Assembly (NCBI RefSeq): GCF_056746865.1
Contig: NZ_CM163382.1
Length of the DNA stretch: 64,000 nt
Direction: 5' to 3' (one strand)
Both the position numbers and the translations under genes were made by a program. The notes beneath the pieces were generated by a model, which saw nothing but the letters and a program-made list of their open reading frames with translations, had not been told where the DNA came from and searched no databases. Below are positions 36,384 to 49,878 of the stretch, one piece after another. How positions within the stretch are numbered: the stretch's first letter is position 1; the number at the start of each line of letters is the position of its first letter.

Positions 36384-37622
36384 GTGAAGATTTATCTGGT
36401 CGGTGGTGCTGTTCGGGATGCATTGTTAGGGCTACCGGTCAAAGACAGAGATTGGGTGGTGGTCGGCAGTACGCCACAGGAGATGCTCGACGCGGGCTAC
36501 CAGCAGGTAGGCCGCGATTTTCCTGTTTTTCTGCATCCGCAAACCCATGAAGAGTATGCGCTGGCACGAACCGAACGGAAATCCGGTTCCGGTTACACCG
36601 GTTTTACCTGCTATGCCGCACCGGATGTCACGCTGGAAGATGATCTTAAGCGGCGCGATCTGACCATTAATGCGCTGGCCCAGGACGATAACGGCGAGAT
36701 TATCGACCCGTACAACGGTCTGGGCGATCTGCAAAATCGTCTGTTGCGCCATGTTTCCCCCGCTTTTGGCGAAGATCCGTTACGCGTACTGCGCGTGGCG
36801 CGTTTTGCTGCGCGTTATGCCCACCTCGGTTTTCGTATTGCCGATGAAACTCTGGCGCTGATGCGCGAGATGACCCACGCGGGTGAACTGGAACACCTGA
36901 CGCCTGAACGGGTGTGGAAAGAGACGGAAAGCGCCCTCACTACCCGCAATCCCCAGGTGTTCTTCCAGGTACTGCGCGATTGCGGCGCACTGCGCGTTTT
37001 ATTCCCGGAAATTGACGCCCTGTTTGGCGTTCCGGCCCCTGCCAAGTGGCATCCGGAAATCGACACCGGTATTCACACCTTAATGACGCTCTCAATGGCG
37101 GCGATGCTGAGTCCGCAGGTCGATGTCCGTTTCGCAACGCTATGCCACGATCTCGGTAAAGGACTGACGCCACCAGAACTTTGGCCGCGTCATCATGGTC
37201 ATGGCCCGGCGGGTGTTAAGTTAGTGGAACAACTCTGTCAGCGTCTGCGCGTGCCAAATGAAATTCGCGATTTAGCCAGACTGGTGGCTGAGTTTCACGA
37301 TCTCATCCACACCTTCCCAATGCTGAACCCAAAAACCATCGTCAAATTGTTTGATTCCATTGACGCCTGGCGTAAACCGCAGCGTGTCGAGCAACTGGCG
37401 CTGACCAGTGAGGCTGATGTGCGCGGCAGAACCGGTTTTGAATCAGCGGACTACCCGCAAGGCCGCTGGTTGCGCGAAGCCTGGGAAGTGGCACAGTCAG
37501 TGCCGACAAAAGCCGTCGTTGAAGCGGGATTTAAAGGTGTGGAGATTCGCGAGGAGCTGACCCGACGGCGGATTGCGGCGGTAGCCAGCTGGAAGGAACA
37601 GCGTTGCCCAAAACCTGAGTGA
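36384..37622 (+). CDS. cca: tRNA nucleotidyltransferase (CCA-adding enzyme)
   Basis: 412 aa; GTG start; GGAVRD...RDWV head domain and HD domain. Confidence 0.95.
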   Translation: MKIYLVGGAVRDALLGLPVKDRDWVVVGSTPQEMLDAGYQQVGRDFPVFLHPQTHEEYALARTERKSGSGYTGFTCYAAPDVTLEDDLKRRDLTINALAQDDNGEIIDPYNGLGDLQNRLLRHVSPAFGEDPLRVLRVARFAARYAHLGFRIADETLALMREMTHAGELEHLTPERVWKETESALTTRNPQVFFQVLRDCGALRVLFPEIDALFGVPAPAKWHPEIDTGIHTLMTLSMAAMLSPQVDVRFATLCHDLGKGLTPPELWPRHHGHGPAGVKLVEQLCQRLRVPNEIRDLARLVAEFHDLIHTFPMLNPKTIVKLFDSIDAWRKPQRVEQLALTSEADVRGRTGFESADYPQGRWLREAWEVAQSVPTKAVVEAGFKGVEIREELTRRRIAAVASWKEQRCPKPE

Positions 37623-37636
37623 GTGTTGGATATTTT

Positions 37637-37670
37637 GCCGGATGCGGCGTGAACGCCTTATCCGGCCTAC
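37637..37670. repeat. REP (repetitive extragenic palindromic) element
   Basis: GCCGGATGCGGCGTGAACGCCTTATCCGGCCTAC between convergent cca and uppP. Confidence 0.6.
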
Positions 37671-37712
37671 GCAATCGTTGACAATTCCACGCATCCGACA
37701 CTGTTCTTTACC

Positions 37713-38534
37713 TCAAAAGAACACGACATACACCGCAGCCGCCACAATAAAGCGATAAATGGCGAACGGTATAAACGAAATGCGCTTAATCAATTGCAGG
37801 AAGGTTTTAATCGCTATCAGCGCCACCACAAAAGCGGTGATAAACCCAACGGCAAACATCGGGATATCGCCGGTTGTCAGGAAGCCCCAGCTTTTGTAGA
37901 GATCGAGCGCCGTTGCGCCCATCATCATCGGCACCGCCAGCAGGAACGAAAACTCGGAAGCAGCGTAACGGCTCACCCCCATCAGCATCCCACCTGAAAT
38001 GGTCGCCCCGGAGCGAGAGAAACCCGGCCACAGCGCCAGACACTGGAAACAGCCAATCATAAACGCCTGACGATAGGTCATATCATCGAGACCCGGCGCA
38101 CGCGGCTCTTTCGGCTTCAGGCATTCAGCGGCAATCAGCAACAGACCGCCAACGACCAGCGCATACATCACATTTATTGGATTAAACAACGACTTAATCG
38201 TGTCGTGGAACAACAGCCCCAATACTACCGCTGGGATCATGCCAAGCAGAATGTGGATCAGCGTTAAACGACCTTTGCTTTCTCCTTCGTGCTGCAACGG
38301 GCGGCCAAAGTGGATGCCAATCAGGCCAAACAGACGCCGCCAGAACATCACTACTACCGCCAGAATTGATCCTAACTGGATCACAACCTCAAAGGTTTTC
38401 GCCGTGTCGCCCTCAAACCCCAACAAGTGACCGACAATAATCATATGGCCCGTGCTGGATACCGGCAGAAATTCTGTCAATCCTTCGACCACACCCAATA
38501 TTGCCGCTATCAGCAGCGAGTGCATATCGCTCAT
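37713..38534 (-). CDS. uppP: Undecaprenyl-diphosphatase
   Basis: 273 aa from second Met [30 protein letters not shown]. Confidence 0.9.
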
Positions 38535-38624
38535 CAATAAACCCCTAAATTATTAAAATGTACCGCTTGTCCGAACTACTGCAGTATGACCAGGTTTTAA
38601 CCGTTTGGTTTAACAGCTGTAAAA

Positions 38625-38993
38625 TTAATTATTTTCTTTCAGATTATTGCCACGCTCAATGATTACGCCAACATTCGCCGCCCGCGCCACTGCGCCTGGC
38701 TTGCTGAGTTTGATACGCACCCACGGCGAGTTGAAGCGTGCTAACAGCAGCTCCGCCACCTCTTCCGCCACACGTTCCACCAGCGCAAAACGCGCCCCCT
38801 CGACGTGGCTGACTACCGTTTCTGCAATGTCAGCGTAACTGAGGCAATCCGCCACATCATCACTTTTCGCCGCTTTACGGTTATCCCACGCCATTTCGAT
38901 ATCGAACACTAACTTCTGTTCGATGGTCTGTTCCCAGTCGTAAACACCAATAGTGGTGATTACCGAAAGTTGCTCTATAAATACAATATCCAT
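38625..38993 (-). CDS. folB: Dihydroneopterin aldolase
   Basis: 122 aa; MDIVFIEQLSVITTIGVYDWEQ. Confidence 0.9.
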   Translation of the reverse strand: MDIVFIEQLSVITTIGVYDWEQTIEQKLVFDIEMAWDNRKAAKSDDVADCLSYADIAETVVSHVEGARFALVERVAEEVAELLLARFNSPWVRIKLSKPGAVARAANVGVIIERGNNLKENN

Positions 38994-39097
38994 CACGTCC
39001 TGCCTGCTTTTTGGCTAACCGGATACCACTTCCGGCGAAATGTGCGTATTATCCACAGATTCATCGTTGAACACGAATTTTCAAAACGGAACAGCTT

Positions 39098-39715
39098 ATG
39101 AGTGCAATCGCGCCTGGAATGATCCTCATCGCGTACCTCTGCGGCTCCATTTCCAGTGCCATTCTGGTTTGCCGCTTGTGTGGGCTGCCCGATCCGCGAA
39201 CCAGCGGCTCCGGCAATCCAGGCGCAACCAATGTGTTACGTATCGGTGGCAAGGGAGCAGCCGTAGCAGTACTGATTTTCGACGTTCTGAAAGGAATGTT
39301 GCCTGTCTGGGGCGCGTATGAATTAGGTGTCAGCCCCTTCTGGCTAGGCTTAATTGCCATCGCCGCCTGCCTTGGACACATCTGGCCCGTTTTCTTCGGT
39401 TTTAAAGGAGGAAAAGGCGTTGCTACCGCTTTTGGTGCCATCGCACCAATTGGCTGGGATCTCACCGGAGTAATGGCGGGAACCTGGTTACTGACCGTGC
39501 TATTGAGCGGATACTCGTCGCTGGGAGCGATTGTCAGTGCACTGATTGCTCCGTTTTATGTCTGGTGGTTTAAGCCACAATTCACCTTCCCGGTTTCGAT
39601 GCTCTCTTGCCTGATCCTGCTGCGTCACCATGACAACATCCAGCGTCTGTGGCGTCGTCAGGAGACAAAAATCTGGACGAAATTCAAAAGAAAGCGCGAA
39701 AAGGATCCCGAGTGA
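39098..39715 (+). CDS. plsY: Glycerol-3-phosphate acyltransferase PlsY
   Basis: 205 aa polytopic membrane protein; GSGNPGATN motif. Confidence 0.9.
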
Positions 39716-39727
39716 TTTCTGGTGGAT

Positions 39728-40660
39728 CTACATAACCTGATAGCCTTCGTCGGGCTTGCCCAGCCGTTGCTGGCACCATGCCGCCAGAAATTCCACGCAG
39801 ACACGTAATTTCATGCTGCGATAGAGCGGCTCCCGGTAAACAGCCCAGATATTGGCGCTTTGTGCATACTCCGGCAATACTCGCACCAGTTTGCCACTCT
39901 CCAGAAACGGCAACACATCCCACTCGGAACGCAACATAATCCCTTTGCCCTCCAGCGCCCATTGCAACACTATCTCGCCGCTATTGGAGGAAAGATGCCC
40001 GCTTACCTTCACCGATTTTTTCTCCTGACCGTTCCCCAACTCCCATATTCCGTGGGTCATATCGCGCTCTTTGGTCACCAGACAATCATGACGACTTAAT
40101 TCCTGCAAGGATTGTGGCTGCGGATATTTTTGCAGATACTCAGGTGCAGCACATAATATTCGTTTATTTTTTGTCAAAAGATGCGCAATATAATAATCAG
40201 GAATTTCGTCATTAATACGAATATCCAGATCAATATTATCCTGCACTAAATCAATTTGCCGATCGAACAATTCAAAATGCACCTGTAACTCAGGATAATT
40301 GCGCATCAGTTCGGTAATAGCTGGCGCAATATGGCTGCGCCCAAAACCAAAACTACAGCCAATACGAATCATCCCCTCCGGGCGCGTTTTGATTTGCGTA
40401 ACGTCATCGACCAGTCGCTGATATTGGGTGAGGATTTCCAGCGCATGCTCGTAACAACGTTGGCCACTTTCAGTCAGCGCCACGCCGCGAGCGGAGCGGT
40501 TCAGCAGCGTTGTTGCCAGCGTATTTTCAAGGATTTGGATCCGCTTGGTGACAAATGCAGGCGTTTGCCCAAGCGTCGCCGCTGCGGCGCTAAAACTCCC
40601 GCTGTGGACGATTTCTACCAGTACCTGCAAATCTTTGGCTAAAGGCCAGCTATTCAGCAT
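39728..40660 (-). CDS. ttdR: LysR-type transcriptional activator of tartrate genes
   Basis: 310 aa LysR HTH; divergent from ttdAB. Confidence 0.85.
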   Translation of the reverse strand: MLNSWPLAKDLQVLVEIVHSGSFSAAAATLGQTPAFVTKRIQILENTLATTLLNRSARGVALTESGQRCYEHALEILTQYQRLVDDVTQIKTRPEGMIRIGCSFGFGRSHIAPAITELMRNYPELQVHFELFDRQIDLVQDNIDLDIRINDEIPDYYIAHLLTKNKRILCAAPEYLQKYPQPQSLQELSRHDCLVTKERDMTHGIWELGNGQEKKSVKVSGHLSSNSGEIVLQWALEGKGIMLRSEWDVLPFLESGKLVRVLPEYAQSANIWAVYREPLYRSMKLRVCVEFLAAWCQQRLGKPDEGYQVM

Positions 40661-40866
40661 CGTTAATTATCCGCAGTTGTGATAAGCGCAGTGTATTTCG
40701 CAAAACATTGCCATTCCCTGCTCTGGCGCAATATTCATTCTTATTTTCGCGTTGATTCACGAACTGTGAATTACATATTCACGGCGGCAAAAAATATAAA
40801 ACCACATTTTTAGTGGTAGTTTGTGGCGGTGAATTTTTCCAGACAAATACATAAACTGGAGTTGCC

Positions 40867-41778
40867 ATGATGAGCGAAAGTAATAAGCAACAGGCAGTGA
40901 ATAAGTTGACGGAGATTGTCGCTAACTTTACCGCCATGATTTCTACCCGAATGCCCGATGACGTGGTGGACAAACTAAAACAGCTAAAGGATGCCGAAAC
41001 GTCGTCGATGGGGAAAATCATCTACCACACGATGTTCGACAACATGCAAAAAGCGATCGACCTGAATCGCCCAGCCTGTCAGGACACCGGCGAAATCATG
41101 TTTTTCGTTAAAGTCGGTTCCCGTTTCCCGCTGCTTGGCGAGCTGCAAAGCATTCTTAAGCAAGCCGTGGAAGAAGCAACCGTCAAAGCGCCACTGCGCC
41201 ACAACGCGGTGGAAATTTTTGACGAAGTGAACACCGGCAAAAATACCGGCAGCGGCGTACCGTGGGTCACCTGGGATATCGTCCCCGACGGTGACGATGC
41301 GGAAATCGAAGTTTACATGGCAGGCGGCGGCTGCACGTTGCCTGGTCGTTCGAAAGTGTTAATGCCGTCGGAAGGCTACGAAGGCGTGGTGAAATTCGTC
41401 TTCGAAAATATCTCCACCCTCGCCGTAAACGCCTGTCCACCGGTACTGGTAGGCGTGGGCATCGCCACCTCGGTGGAAACCGCCGCTATGCTCTCACGTA
41501 AAGCCATTTTGCGCCCAATTGGCAGCCGCCACCCCAATCCGAAAGCGGCAGAGCTGGAGCTACGCTTGGAAGAAGGACTCAACCGTCTGGGGATTGGTCC
41601 ACAAGGGCTGACTGGCAACAGTTCAGTGATGGGCGTGCATATCGAATCTGCCGCTCGCCATCCGTCAACCATCGGCGTTGCTGTTTCTACAGGCTGCTGG
41701 GCGCATCGTCGCGGCACACTGCTGGTTCATGCCGATCTCTCCTTTGAAAATCTGTCTCACACCCGGAGCGCGTTATGA
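40867..41778 (+). CDS. ttdA: L(+)-tartrate dehydratase alpha subunit
   Basis: 303 aa Fe-S hydro-lyase alpha; overlaps ttdB by 4 nt. Confidence 0.9.
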
Positions 41779-42380
41779 AAAAGATCCTGACAACCCCGAT
41801 CAAAGCTGAAGATCTGCAAGATATTCGCGTCGGCGATGTGATCTACCTGACCGGTACGCTGGTGACCTGCCGTGACGTTTGTCACCGCCGCTTGATCGAA
41901 CTGAAACGTCCGATCCCTTACGATCTCAACGGCAAAGCGATTTTCCACGCTGGCCCCATCGTGCGCAAAAACGGCGACAAATGGGAGATGGTATCCGTCG
42001 GCCCGACAACCAGTATGCGTATGGAAAGTTTTGAACGTGAATTTATCGAACAGACCGGCGTGAAACTGGTGGTCGGCAAAGGCGGAATGGGGCCGCTGAC
42101 CGAAGAAGGCTGCCAGAAATTCAAGGCGCTACATGTGATTTTCCCGGCAGGCTGCGCAGTACTGGCGGCAACCCAGGTGGAAGAGATTGAAGAAGTGCAC
42201 TGGACAGAACTCGGGATGCCGGAGTCACTGTGGGTCTGCCGGGTCAAAGAGTTCGGCCCGCTGATTGTCTCTATTGATACCCACGGCAACAACCTGATAG
42301 CCGAAAACAAAAAGCTGTTCGCCGAACGCCGCGATCCCATCGTGGAAGAGATTTGCGAGCACGTCCACTACATCAAATAA
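41775..42380 (+). CDS. ttdB: L(+)-tartrate dehydratase beta subunit
   Basis: 201 aa fumarase-C-terminal-like. Confidence 0.9.
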
Positions 42381-42428
42381 CCCTCCCGGAGAGGCTCACC
42401 CCCTCTCCTTTTTCGCAGGCATAACACG

Positions 42429-43892
42429 ATGAAACCTTCCACTGAATGGTGGCGATACCTTGCGCCGCTGGCGGTCATCGCCATTATTGCTCTACTTCCG
42501 CTTCCCGCAGGGCTGGAGAGTCATACCTGGCTCTACTTTGCTGTTTTTACTGGCGTGATCGTTGGACTGATCCTCGAACCCGTGCCGGGTGCCGTGGTGG
42601 CGATGGTGGGTATCTCCATTATCGCCATTCTCTCTCCCTTGCTGCTGTTCAGCCCGGAGCAGCTCGCCCAGCCAGGTTTTAAGTTCACCGCCAAATCCCT
42701 CTCCTGGGCGGTTTCTGGTTTTTCTAATTCGGTTATCTGGCTGATTTTCGCCGCCTTTATGTTTGGTACGGGCTATGAAAAAACCGGGCTTGGACGTCGC
42801 ATCGCGCTGATTCTGGTGAAAAAGATGGGGCATCGTACGCTGTTTCTCGGCTATGCAGTGATGTTCTCCGAGCTGATACTTGCGCCTGTAACACCGTCCA
42901 ACTCGGCGCGTGGTGCGGGGATTATCTATCCCATCATCCGTAACCTGCCACCGCTCTATCAATCACAACCAAACGACAGCAGTTCGCGCAGCATTGGCTC
43001 GTACATCATGTGGATGGGGATTGTTGCCGACTGCGTGACCAGCGCCATTTTCCTGACGGCGATGGCACCTAACTTGCTGTTAATTGGCCTGATGAAAAGC
43101 GCATCTCACGCCACGCTGAGCTGGGGCGACTGGTTCCTCGGGATGTTGCCGCTCAGCATTTTACTGGTTCTGCTGGTTCCCTGGCTGGCTTACGTGCTGT
43201 ACCCGCCGGTACTGAAGTCTGGTGATCAGGTGCCGCGCTGGGCAGAGACGGAACTGCAGGCAATGGGCCCGCTCTGTTCGCGTGAAAAACGGATGCTGGG
43301 GCTGATGGTAGGCGCGCTGGTGCTGTGGATTTTCGGCGGTGATTATATCGATGCCGCGATGGTCGGTTACAGCGTGGTGGCGCTGATGCTGCTTCTGCGC
43401 ATTATCAGTTGGGACGACATTGTCAGTAATAAAGCCGCGTGGAACGTTTTCTTCTGGCTGGCCTCGCTTATCACCCTCGCTACCGGACTCAACAACACCG
43501 GTTTTATTAGCTGGTTTGGCAAACTGTTAGCAGGCAGCTTAAGCGGTTATTCGCCGACGATGGTGATGGTGGCGTTGATTGTGGTCTTTTATCTGCTGCG
43601 CTACTTCTTTGCCAGCGCCACGGCGTATACCTCCGCTCTCGCGCCGATGATGATTGCCGCCGCGCTGGCGATGCCGGAAATCCCGCTGCCGGTGTTCTGC
43701 CTGATGGTTGGCGCGGCAATTGGTCTGGGGAGCATTCTTACGCCATACGCCACCGGACCCAGTCCGATTTACTACGGTAGTGGTTATCTGCCAACGGTGG
43801 ATTACTGGCGACTGGGGGCAATTTTTGGGCTGATATTCCTCGTGTTGCTGGTGATTACCGGCTTACTGTGGATGCCCGTGGTGTTGCTTTAA
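42429..43892 (+). CDS. ttdT: Tartrate/succinate antiporter (DASS family)
   Basis: 487 aa polytopic transporter following ttdAB. Confidence 0.85.
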   Translation: MKPSTEWWRYLAPLAVIAIIALLPLPAGLESHTWLYFAVFTGVIVGLILEPVPGAVVAMVGISIIAILSPLLLFSPEQLAQPGFKFTAKSLSWAVSGFSNSVIWLIFAAFMFGTGYEKTGLGRRIALILVKKMGHRTLFLGYAVMFSELILAPVTPSNSARGAGIIYPIIRNLPPLYQSQPNDSSSRSIGSYIMWMGIVADCVTSAIFLTAMAPNLLLIGLMKSASHATLSWGDWFLGMLPLSILLVLLVPWLAYVLYPPVLKSGDQVPRWAETELQAMGPLCSREKRMLGLMVGALVLWIFGGDYIDAAMVGYSVVALMLLLRIISWDDIVSNKAAWNVFFWLASLITLATGLNNTGFISWFGKLLAGSLSGYSPTMVMVALIVVFYLLRYFFASATAYTSALAPMMIAAALAMPEIPLPVFCLMVGAAIGLGSILTPYATGPSPIYYGSGYLPTVDYWRLGAIFGLIFLVLLVITGLLWMPVVLL

Positions 43893-43934
43893 GTGAGGAC
43901 GGTGCCGGAAGTGACTCTCCGGCACCTAAGAGTT

Positions 43935-44948
43935 TTACGCGGCCGGTAACTCTGCCAGCGGCCAGCGCGGACGCACGCTAACGCCAAGATCCGCCGTCGC
44001 GCCTGCTTTAAACCGCACCATTCCGGCATAGGCGATCATCGCGCCGTTATCAGTACAAAATTCCGGACGCGCGTAGAACACTTCGCCACGGCGTTTTTTC
44101 ATCATTTCAGCCAGCTTCGCCCGTAACGTGCGGTTAGCACTCACGCCACCTGCCATTACCAGTCGCTTAAAGCCCGTCTGATCCAGCGCTCGCTTACACT
44201 TAATCATCAACGTATCGACCACCGCATCTTCAAAGGCGCGGGCGATATCAGCACGCGTCTGGTCGTCGGTGCCGTTATCACGAATGGTATTTGCCGCGAA
44301 GGTTTTCAGACCAGAAAAGCTGAAATCCAGCCCCGGACGGTCGGTCATCGGGCGCGGGAAGACAAAGCGCCCGGCAGTACCCTGAGCCGCCATTTTCGAC
44401 AGTAATGGCCCGCCAGGATAATCCAGCCCCAGCAGCTTCGCGGTTTTGTCAAACGCTTCCCCGGCGGCATCATCAATAGACTCGCCGAGCAGCTCATACT
44501 GACCAATGCCAGTGACGCTGATTAACTGCGTATGACCGCCGGAAACCAGTAGCGCCACAAACGGAAATTCCGGTGGGTTATCTTCCAGCATCGGCGCTAA
44601 CAGATGCCCTTCCATATGGTGTACCGGGATCGCCGGAACGTCCCAGGCAAACGCCAGAGAACGCCCCACGGTCGCGCCAACCAGCAGCGCGCCGACTAAT
44701 CCAGGGCCTGCGGTATAGGCCACAGCATCAATGTCTTTTGCCGTTAAACCAGACTCCTTTAGCGCCGCCTGGATCAACGGTACGGTTTTACGCACGTGAT
44801 CGCGGGAGGCCAGTTCAGGCACGACGCCGCCGTAGTCAGCGTGCAATTTCACCTGACTATACAATTGGTTGGCTAACAAACCTTTTTCATCGTCGTAAAT
44901 GGCGATGCCGGTTTCATCGCAGGAAGTTTCAATACCCAGTACACGCAT
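43935..44948 (-). CDS. tsaD: tRNA N6-adenosine threonylcarbamoyltransferase
   Basis: 337 aa; [32 protein letters not shown]. Confidence 0.95.
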
Positions 44949-45146
44949 GACTTGTTTTACCTCGCTTTATTACCGCGCAGTGTAGGACCAATGCGGGTTG
45001 ATGTAAAACTTTGTTCGCCCCTGGAGAAAGCCTCGTGTATACTCCTCACCCTTATAAAAGTCCCTTTCAAAAAAGGCCGCGGTGCTTTACAAAGCAGCAG
45101 CAATTGCAGTAAAATTCCGCACCATTTTGAAATAAGCTGGCGTTGA

Positions 45147-45401
<255 letters not shown>

Positions 45402-45511
45402 TTCCCCGAGAGCGTTGCTCTCCGATCAGACCGAGTTGTAGTTGTAAGGCCGTGCTTCCGAAAGGAATGCGCGGCTTATTTTCGTTTATGAATTGCTAAA
45501 AATCGGGGCCT

Positions 45512-47257
45512 ATGGCTGGACGAATCCCACGCGTATTCATTAATGATCTGCTGGCACGCACTGACATCGTCGATCTGATCGATGCCCGTGTAAAGCTGAA
45601 AAAGCAGGGCAAGAATTTCCACGCGTGTTGTCCATTCCACAACGAGAAAACCCCGTCATTCACCGTTAACGGTGAGAAACAGTTTTACCACTGCTTTGGA
45701 TGTGGCGCGCACGGCAACGCGATCGACTTCCTGATGAACTACGACAAGCTCGAGTTCGTCGAAACGGTCGAAGAGCTGGCAGCAATGCACAATCTTGAAG
45801 TGCCATTTGAAGCAGGCAGCGGCCCCAGCCAGATCGAGCGCCATCAGCGGCAAACGCTTTATCAGTTGATGGACGGTCTGAATACGTTTTACCAACAATC
45901 TTTACAACAACCTGTTGCCACGTCTGCGCGCCAGTATCTGGAAAAACGCGGATTAAGCCACGAGGTTATCGCCCGCTTTGCGATTGGTTTTGCGCCCCCC
46001 GGCTGGGACAACGTCCTGAAGCGGTTTGGCGGCAATCCAGAAAATCGCCAGTCATTGATTGATGCGGGGATGTTGGTCACTAACGATCAGGGGCGCAGTT
46101 ACGACCGTTTCCGCGAGCGGGTGATGTTCCCCATTCGTGATAAACGCGGTCGGGTGATTGGTTTTGGCGGACGCGTGCTGGGCAACGATACCCCCAAATA
46201 CCTGAACTCGCCGGAAACGGACATTTTCCATAAAGGCCGCCAGCTTTACGGTCTTTATGAAGCGCAGCAGGATAACGCTGAACCCAATCGTCTGCTTGTG
46301 GTCGAAGGCTATATGGACGTGGTGGCGCTGGCGCAATACGGCATTAATTACGCCGTTGCGTCGTTAGGTACGTCAACCACCGCCGATCACATACAACTGT
46401 TGTTCCGCGCGACCAACAATGTCATTTGCTGTTATGACGGCGACCGTGCAGGCCGCGATGCCGCCTGGCGAGCGCTGGAAACGGCGCTGCCTTACATGAC
46501 AGACGGCCGTCAGCTACGCTTTATGTTTTTGCCTGATGGCGAAGACCCTGACACGCTGGTACGAAAAGAAGGTAAAGAAGCGTTTGAAGCGCGGATGGAG
46601 CAGGCGATGCCACTCTCCGCATTTCTGTTTAACAGTCTGATGCCGCAAGTTGATCTGAGTACCCCTGACGGGCGCGCACGTTTGAGTACGCTGGCACTGC
46701 CATTGATATCGCAAGTGCCGGGCGAAACGCTGCGAATATATCTTCGTCAGGAATTAGGCAACAAATTAGGCATACTTGATGACAGCCAGCTTGAACGATT
46801 AATGCCAAAAGCGGCAGAGAGCGGCGTTTCTCGCCCTGTTCCGCAGCTAAAACGCACGACCATGCGTATACTTATAGGGTTGCTGGTGCAAAATCCAGAA
46901 TTAGCGACGTTGGTCCCGCCGCTTGAGAATCTGGATGAAAATAAGCTCCCTGGACTTGGCTTATTCAGAGAACTGGTCAACACTTGTCTCTCTCAGCCAG
47001 GTCTGACCACCGGGCAACTTTTAGAGCACTATCGTGGTACAAATAATGCTGCCACCCTTGAAAAACTGTCGATGTGGGACGATATAGCAGATAAGAATAT
47101 TGCTGAGCAAACCTTCACCGACTCACTCAACCATATGTTTGATTCGCTGCTTGAACTGCGCCAGGAAGAGTTAATCGCTCGTGAGCGCACGCATGGTTTA
47201 AGCAACGAAGAACGCCTGGAGCTCTGGACATTAAACCAGGAGCTGGCGAAAAAGTGA
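45512..47257 (+). CDS. dnaG: DNA primase
   Basis: 581 aa; zinc-binding CPFHNEKTPSF, TOPRIM. Confidence 0.95.
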   Translation: MAGRIPRVFINDLLARTDIVDLIDARVKLKKQGKNFHACCPFHNEKTPSFTVNGEKQFYHCFGCGAHGNAIDFLMNYDKLEFVETVEELAAMHNLEVPFEAGSGPSQIERHQRQTLYQLMDGLNTFYQQSLQQPVATSARQYLEKRGLSHEVIARFAIGFAPPGWDNVLKRFGGNPENRQSLIDAGMLVTNDQGRSYDRFRERVMFPIRDKRGRVIGFGGRVLGNDTPKYLNSPETDIFHKGRQLYGLYEAQQDNAEPNRLLVVEGYMDVVALAQYGINYAVASLGTSTTADHIQLLFRATNNVICCYDGDRAGRDAAWRALETALPYMTDGRQLRFMFLPDGEDPDTLVRKEGKEAFEARMEQAMPLSAFLFNSLMPQVDLSTPDGRARLSTLALPLISQVPGETLRIYLRQELGNKLGILDDSQLERLMPKAAESGVSRPVPQLKRTTMRILIGLLVQNPELATLVPPLENLDENKLPGLGLFRELVNTCLSQPGLTTGQLLEHYRGTNNAATLEKLSMWDDIADKNIAEQTFTDSLNHMFDSLLELRQEELIARERTHGLSNEERLELWTLNQELAKK

Positions 47258-47451
47258 TTTAACGGCTTAAGTGCCGAAGAGCGATCGGGAAGCCCCCGAC
47301 AGCCGCACTGAGAGGCAGCGGCAAATATATAAGTACGCCCTCGTAATTATCGTTGGCGGTAAACAACCGTTGGATTTCAGCGTTAACGGCTGAAGGACAT
47401 CGGGTCAATCGCCCAACACCAACCTCATGAAATAAGTGTGGATACCGTCTT

Positions 47452-49293
47452 ATGGAGCAAAACCCGCAGTCACAGCTGAAACTTCTTGTCACCCGTGGTA
47501 AGGAGCAAGGCTATCTGACCTATGCCGAGGTCAATGACCATCTGCCGGAAGATATCGTCGATTCAGATCAGATCGAAGACATCATCCAAATGATCAACGA
47601 CATGGGCATTCAGGTGATGGAAGAAGCACCGGATGCCGATGATCTGATGCTGGCTGAAAACACCGCGGACGAAGATGCTGCCGAAGCCGCCGCGCAGGTG
47701 CTTTCCAGCGTGGAATCTGAAATCGGGCGCACGACTGACCCGGTACGCATGTACATGCGTGAAATGGGCACCGTTGAACTGTTGACCCGCGAAGGCGAAA
47801 TTGACATCGCTAAGCGTATTGAAGACGGGATCAACCAGGTTCAATGCTCCGTTGCTGAATATCCGGAAGCGATCACCTATCTGCTGGAACAGTACGATCG
47901 TGTTGAAGCAGAAGAAGCGCGTCTGTCCGATCTGATCACCGGCTTTGTTGACCCGAACGCAGAAGAAGATCTGGCACCTACCGCCACTCACGTCGGTTCT
48001 GAGCTTTCCCAGGAAGATCTGGACGATGACGAAGATGAAGACGAAGAAGATGGCGATGACGACAGCGCCGATGATGACAACAGCATCGACCCGGAACTGG
48101 CTCGTGAAAAATTTGCGGAACTGCGCGCTCAGTACGTTGTAACGCGTGACACCATCAAAGCGAAAGGTCGCAGTCACGCTGCCGCTCAGGAAGAGATCCT
48201 GAAACTGTCTGAAGTATTCAAACAGTTCCGCCTGGTGCCGAAGCAGTTTGACTACCTGGTCAACAGCATGCGCGTCATGATGGACCGCGTTCGTACGCAA
48301 GAACGTCTGATCATGAAGCTCTGTGTTGAGCAGTGCAAAATGCCGAAGAAAAACTTCATTACCCTGTTTACCGGCAACGAAACCAGCGATACCTGGTTCA
48401 ACGCGGCAATTGCGATGAACAAGCCGTGGTCGGAAAAACTGCACGATGTCTCTGAAGAAGTGCATCGCGCCCTGCAGAAACTGCAGCAGATTGAAGAAGA
48501 AACCGGCCTGACCATCGAGCAGGTTAAAGATATCAACCGTCGTATGTCCATCGGTGAAGCGAAAGCCCGCCGTGCGAAGAAAGAGATGGTTGAAGCGAAC
48601 TTACGTCTGGTTATTTCTATCGCCAAGAAATACACCAACCGTGGCTTGCAGTTCCTTGACCTGATTCAGGAAGGTAACATCGGCCTGATGAAAGCGGTTG
48701 ATAAATTCGAATACCGCCGTGGTTACAAGTTCTCCACCTACGCAACCTGGTGGATCCGTCAGGCGATCACCCGTTCTATCGCGGATCAGGCGCGCACCAT
48801 CCGTATTCCGGTGCATATGATTGAGACTATCAACAAACTCAACCGTATTTCTCGCCAGATGCTGCAAGAGATGGGCCGTGAACCGACGCCGGAAGAACTG
48901 GCTGAACGTATGCTGATGCCGGAAGACAAGATCCGCAAAGTGCTGAAGATCGCCAAAGAGCCAATCTCCATGGAAACGCCGATCGGTGATGATGAAGATT
49001 CGCATCTGGGGGATTTCATCGAGGATACCACCCTCGAGCTGCCGCTGGATTCTGCGACCACCGAAAGCCTGCGTGCGGCAACGCACGACGTGCTGGCTGG
49101 CCTGACCGCGCGTGAAGCGAAAGTTCTGCGTATGCGCTTCGGTATCGATATGAACACCGACCACACGCTGGAAGAAGTGGGTAAACAGTTCGACGTTACC
49201 CGCGAACGTATCCGTCAGATCGAAGCGAAGGCGCTGCGCAAACTGCGTCACCCGAGCCGTTCTGAAGTGCTGCGTAGCTTCCTGGACGATTAA
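47452..49293 (+). CDS. rpoD: RNA polymerase sigma factor sigma-70
   Basis: 613 aa; acidic region 1.1-NCR, regions 2-4. Confidence 0.95.
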   Translation: MEQNPQSQLKLLVTRGKEQGYLTYAEVNDHLPEDIVDSDQIEDIIQMINDMGIQVMEEAPDADDLMLAENTADEDAAEAAAQVLSSVESEIGRTTDPVRMYMREMGTVELLTREGEIDIAKRIEDGINQVQCSVAEYPEAITYLLEQYDRVEAEEARLSDLITGFVDPNAEEDLAPTATHVGSELSQEDLDDDEDEDEEDGDDDSADDDNSIDPELAREKFAELRAQYVVTRDTIKAKGRSHAAAQEEILKLSEVFKQFRLVPKQFDYLVNSMRVMMDRVRTQERLIMKLCVEQCKMPKKNFITLFTGNETSDTWFNAAIAMNKPWSEKLHDVSEEVHRALQKLQQIEEETGLTIEQVKDINRRMSIGEAKARRAKKEMVEANLRLVISIAKKYTNRGLQFLDLIQEGNIGLMKAVDKFEYRRGYKFSTYATWWIRQAITRSIADQARTIRIPVHMIETINKLNRISRQMLQEMGREPTPEELAERMLMPEDKIRKVLKIAKEPISMETPIGDDEDSHLGDFIEDTTLELPLDSATTESLRAATHDVLAGLTAREAKVLRMRFGIDMNTDHTLEEVGKQFDVTRERIRQIEAKALRKLRHPSRSEVLRSFLDD

Positions 49294-49346
49294 TCGGTAG
49301 GCCGGATCAGGCGTTACGCCGCACCCGGCACTAGGCCCTCTGCACA

Positions 49347-49374
49347 AACGCCACCTTTTCGGTGGCGTTTTTTA
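49347..49374 (+). terminator. rpoD intrinsic terminator
   Basis: ACGCCACC-TTTTC-GGTGGCGT followed by TTTTTT. Confidence 0.7.
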
Positions 49375-49878
49375 TCGCCCACGCACTACCAGCGCCTGGT
49401 CCAGCTCGCGATACGCTTCAACCAGTTTCTCCAGTGAAACGCGACTTAAACCACTGGGATTTGGCAGCACCCAAATCTGCGTCGAACCAATGGTGAGCGT
49501 TTGTTTCCCCCACTGTGCACCGCGCTGGCTGAATCCCTGTTCATATGCTTGTTTGCCCAGAATCGCCAACGCCTGTGGCTGATAATCTTCTATTTTTTCA
49601 ATTAGCTTACGCCCGCCTGCGTGCAGCTCCTGCTTTGAAACTTCATTGGCTTGCACCGTTGGACGGTCTACCAGTTTGGTGACGCCACAACGATAATCCA
49701 GCAGATGCTGTGCCTCCTGCGGCTTCAACTGACGGTCGGTAAACCCGGCCTGATATATCACCTTCCAGAAGCGATTTGCCGGATGAGCAAAGGGAAAACC
49801 AGTCCCGGCGGATGAAAGCCCAGGGTTGATACCGCAAAACACGACCCGTAACCCTGGAGCCAAAATATCCTCAACCAT
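49372..49878 (-). CDS. mug: G/U mismatch-specific DNA glycosylase
   Basis: 168 aa; [20 protein letters not shown]. Confidence 0.9.

Noticed and set aside
47563-49347. 300-aa and 248-aa minus-strand ORFs antisense to rpoD
   Set aside because: Fully embedded in rpoD on the opposite strand; rpoD identity is certain; typical antisense artefacts of a high-GC, biased-codon gene.
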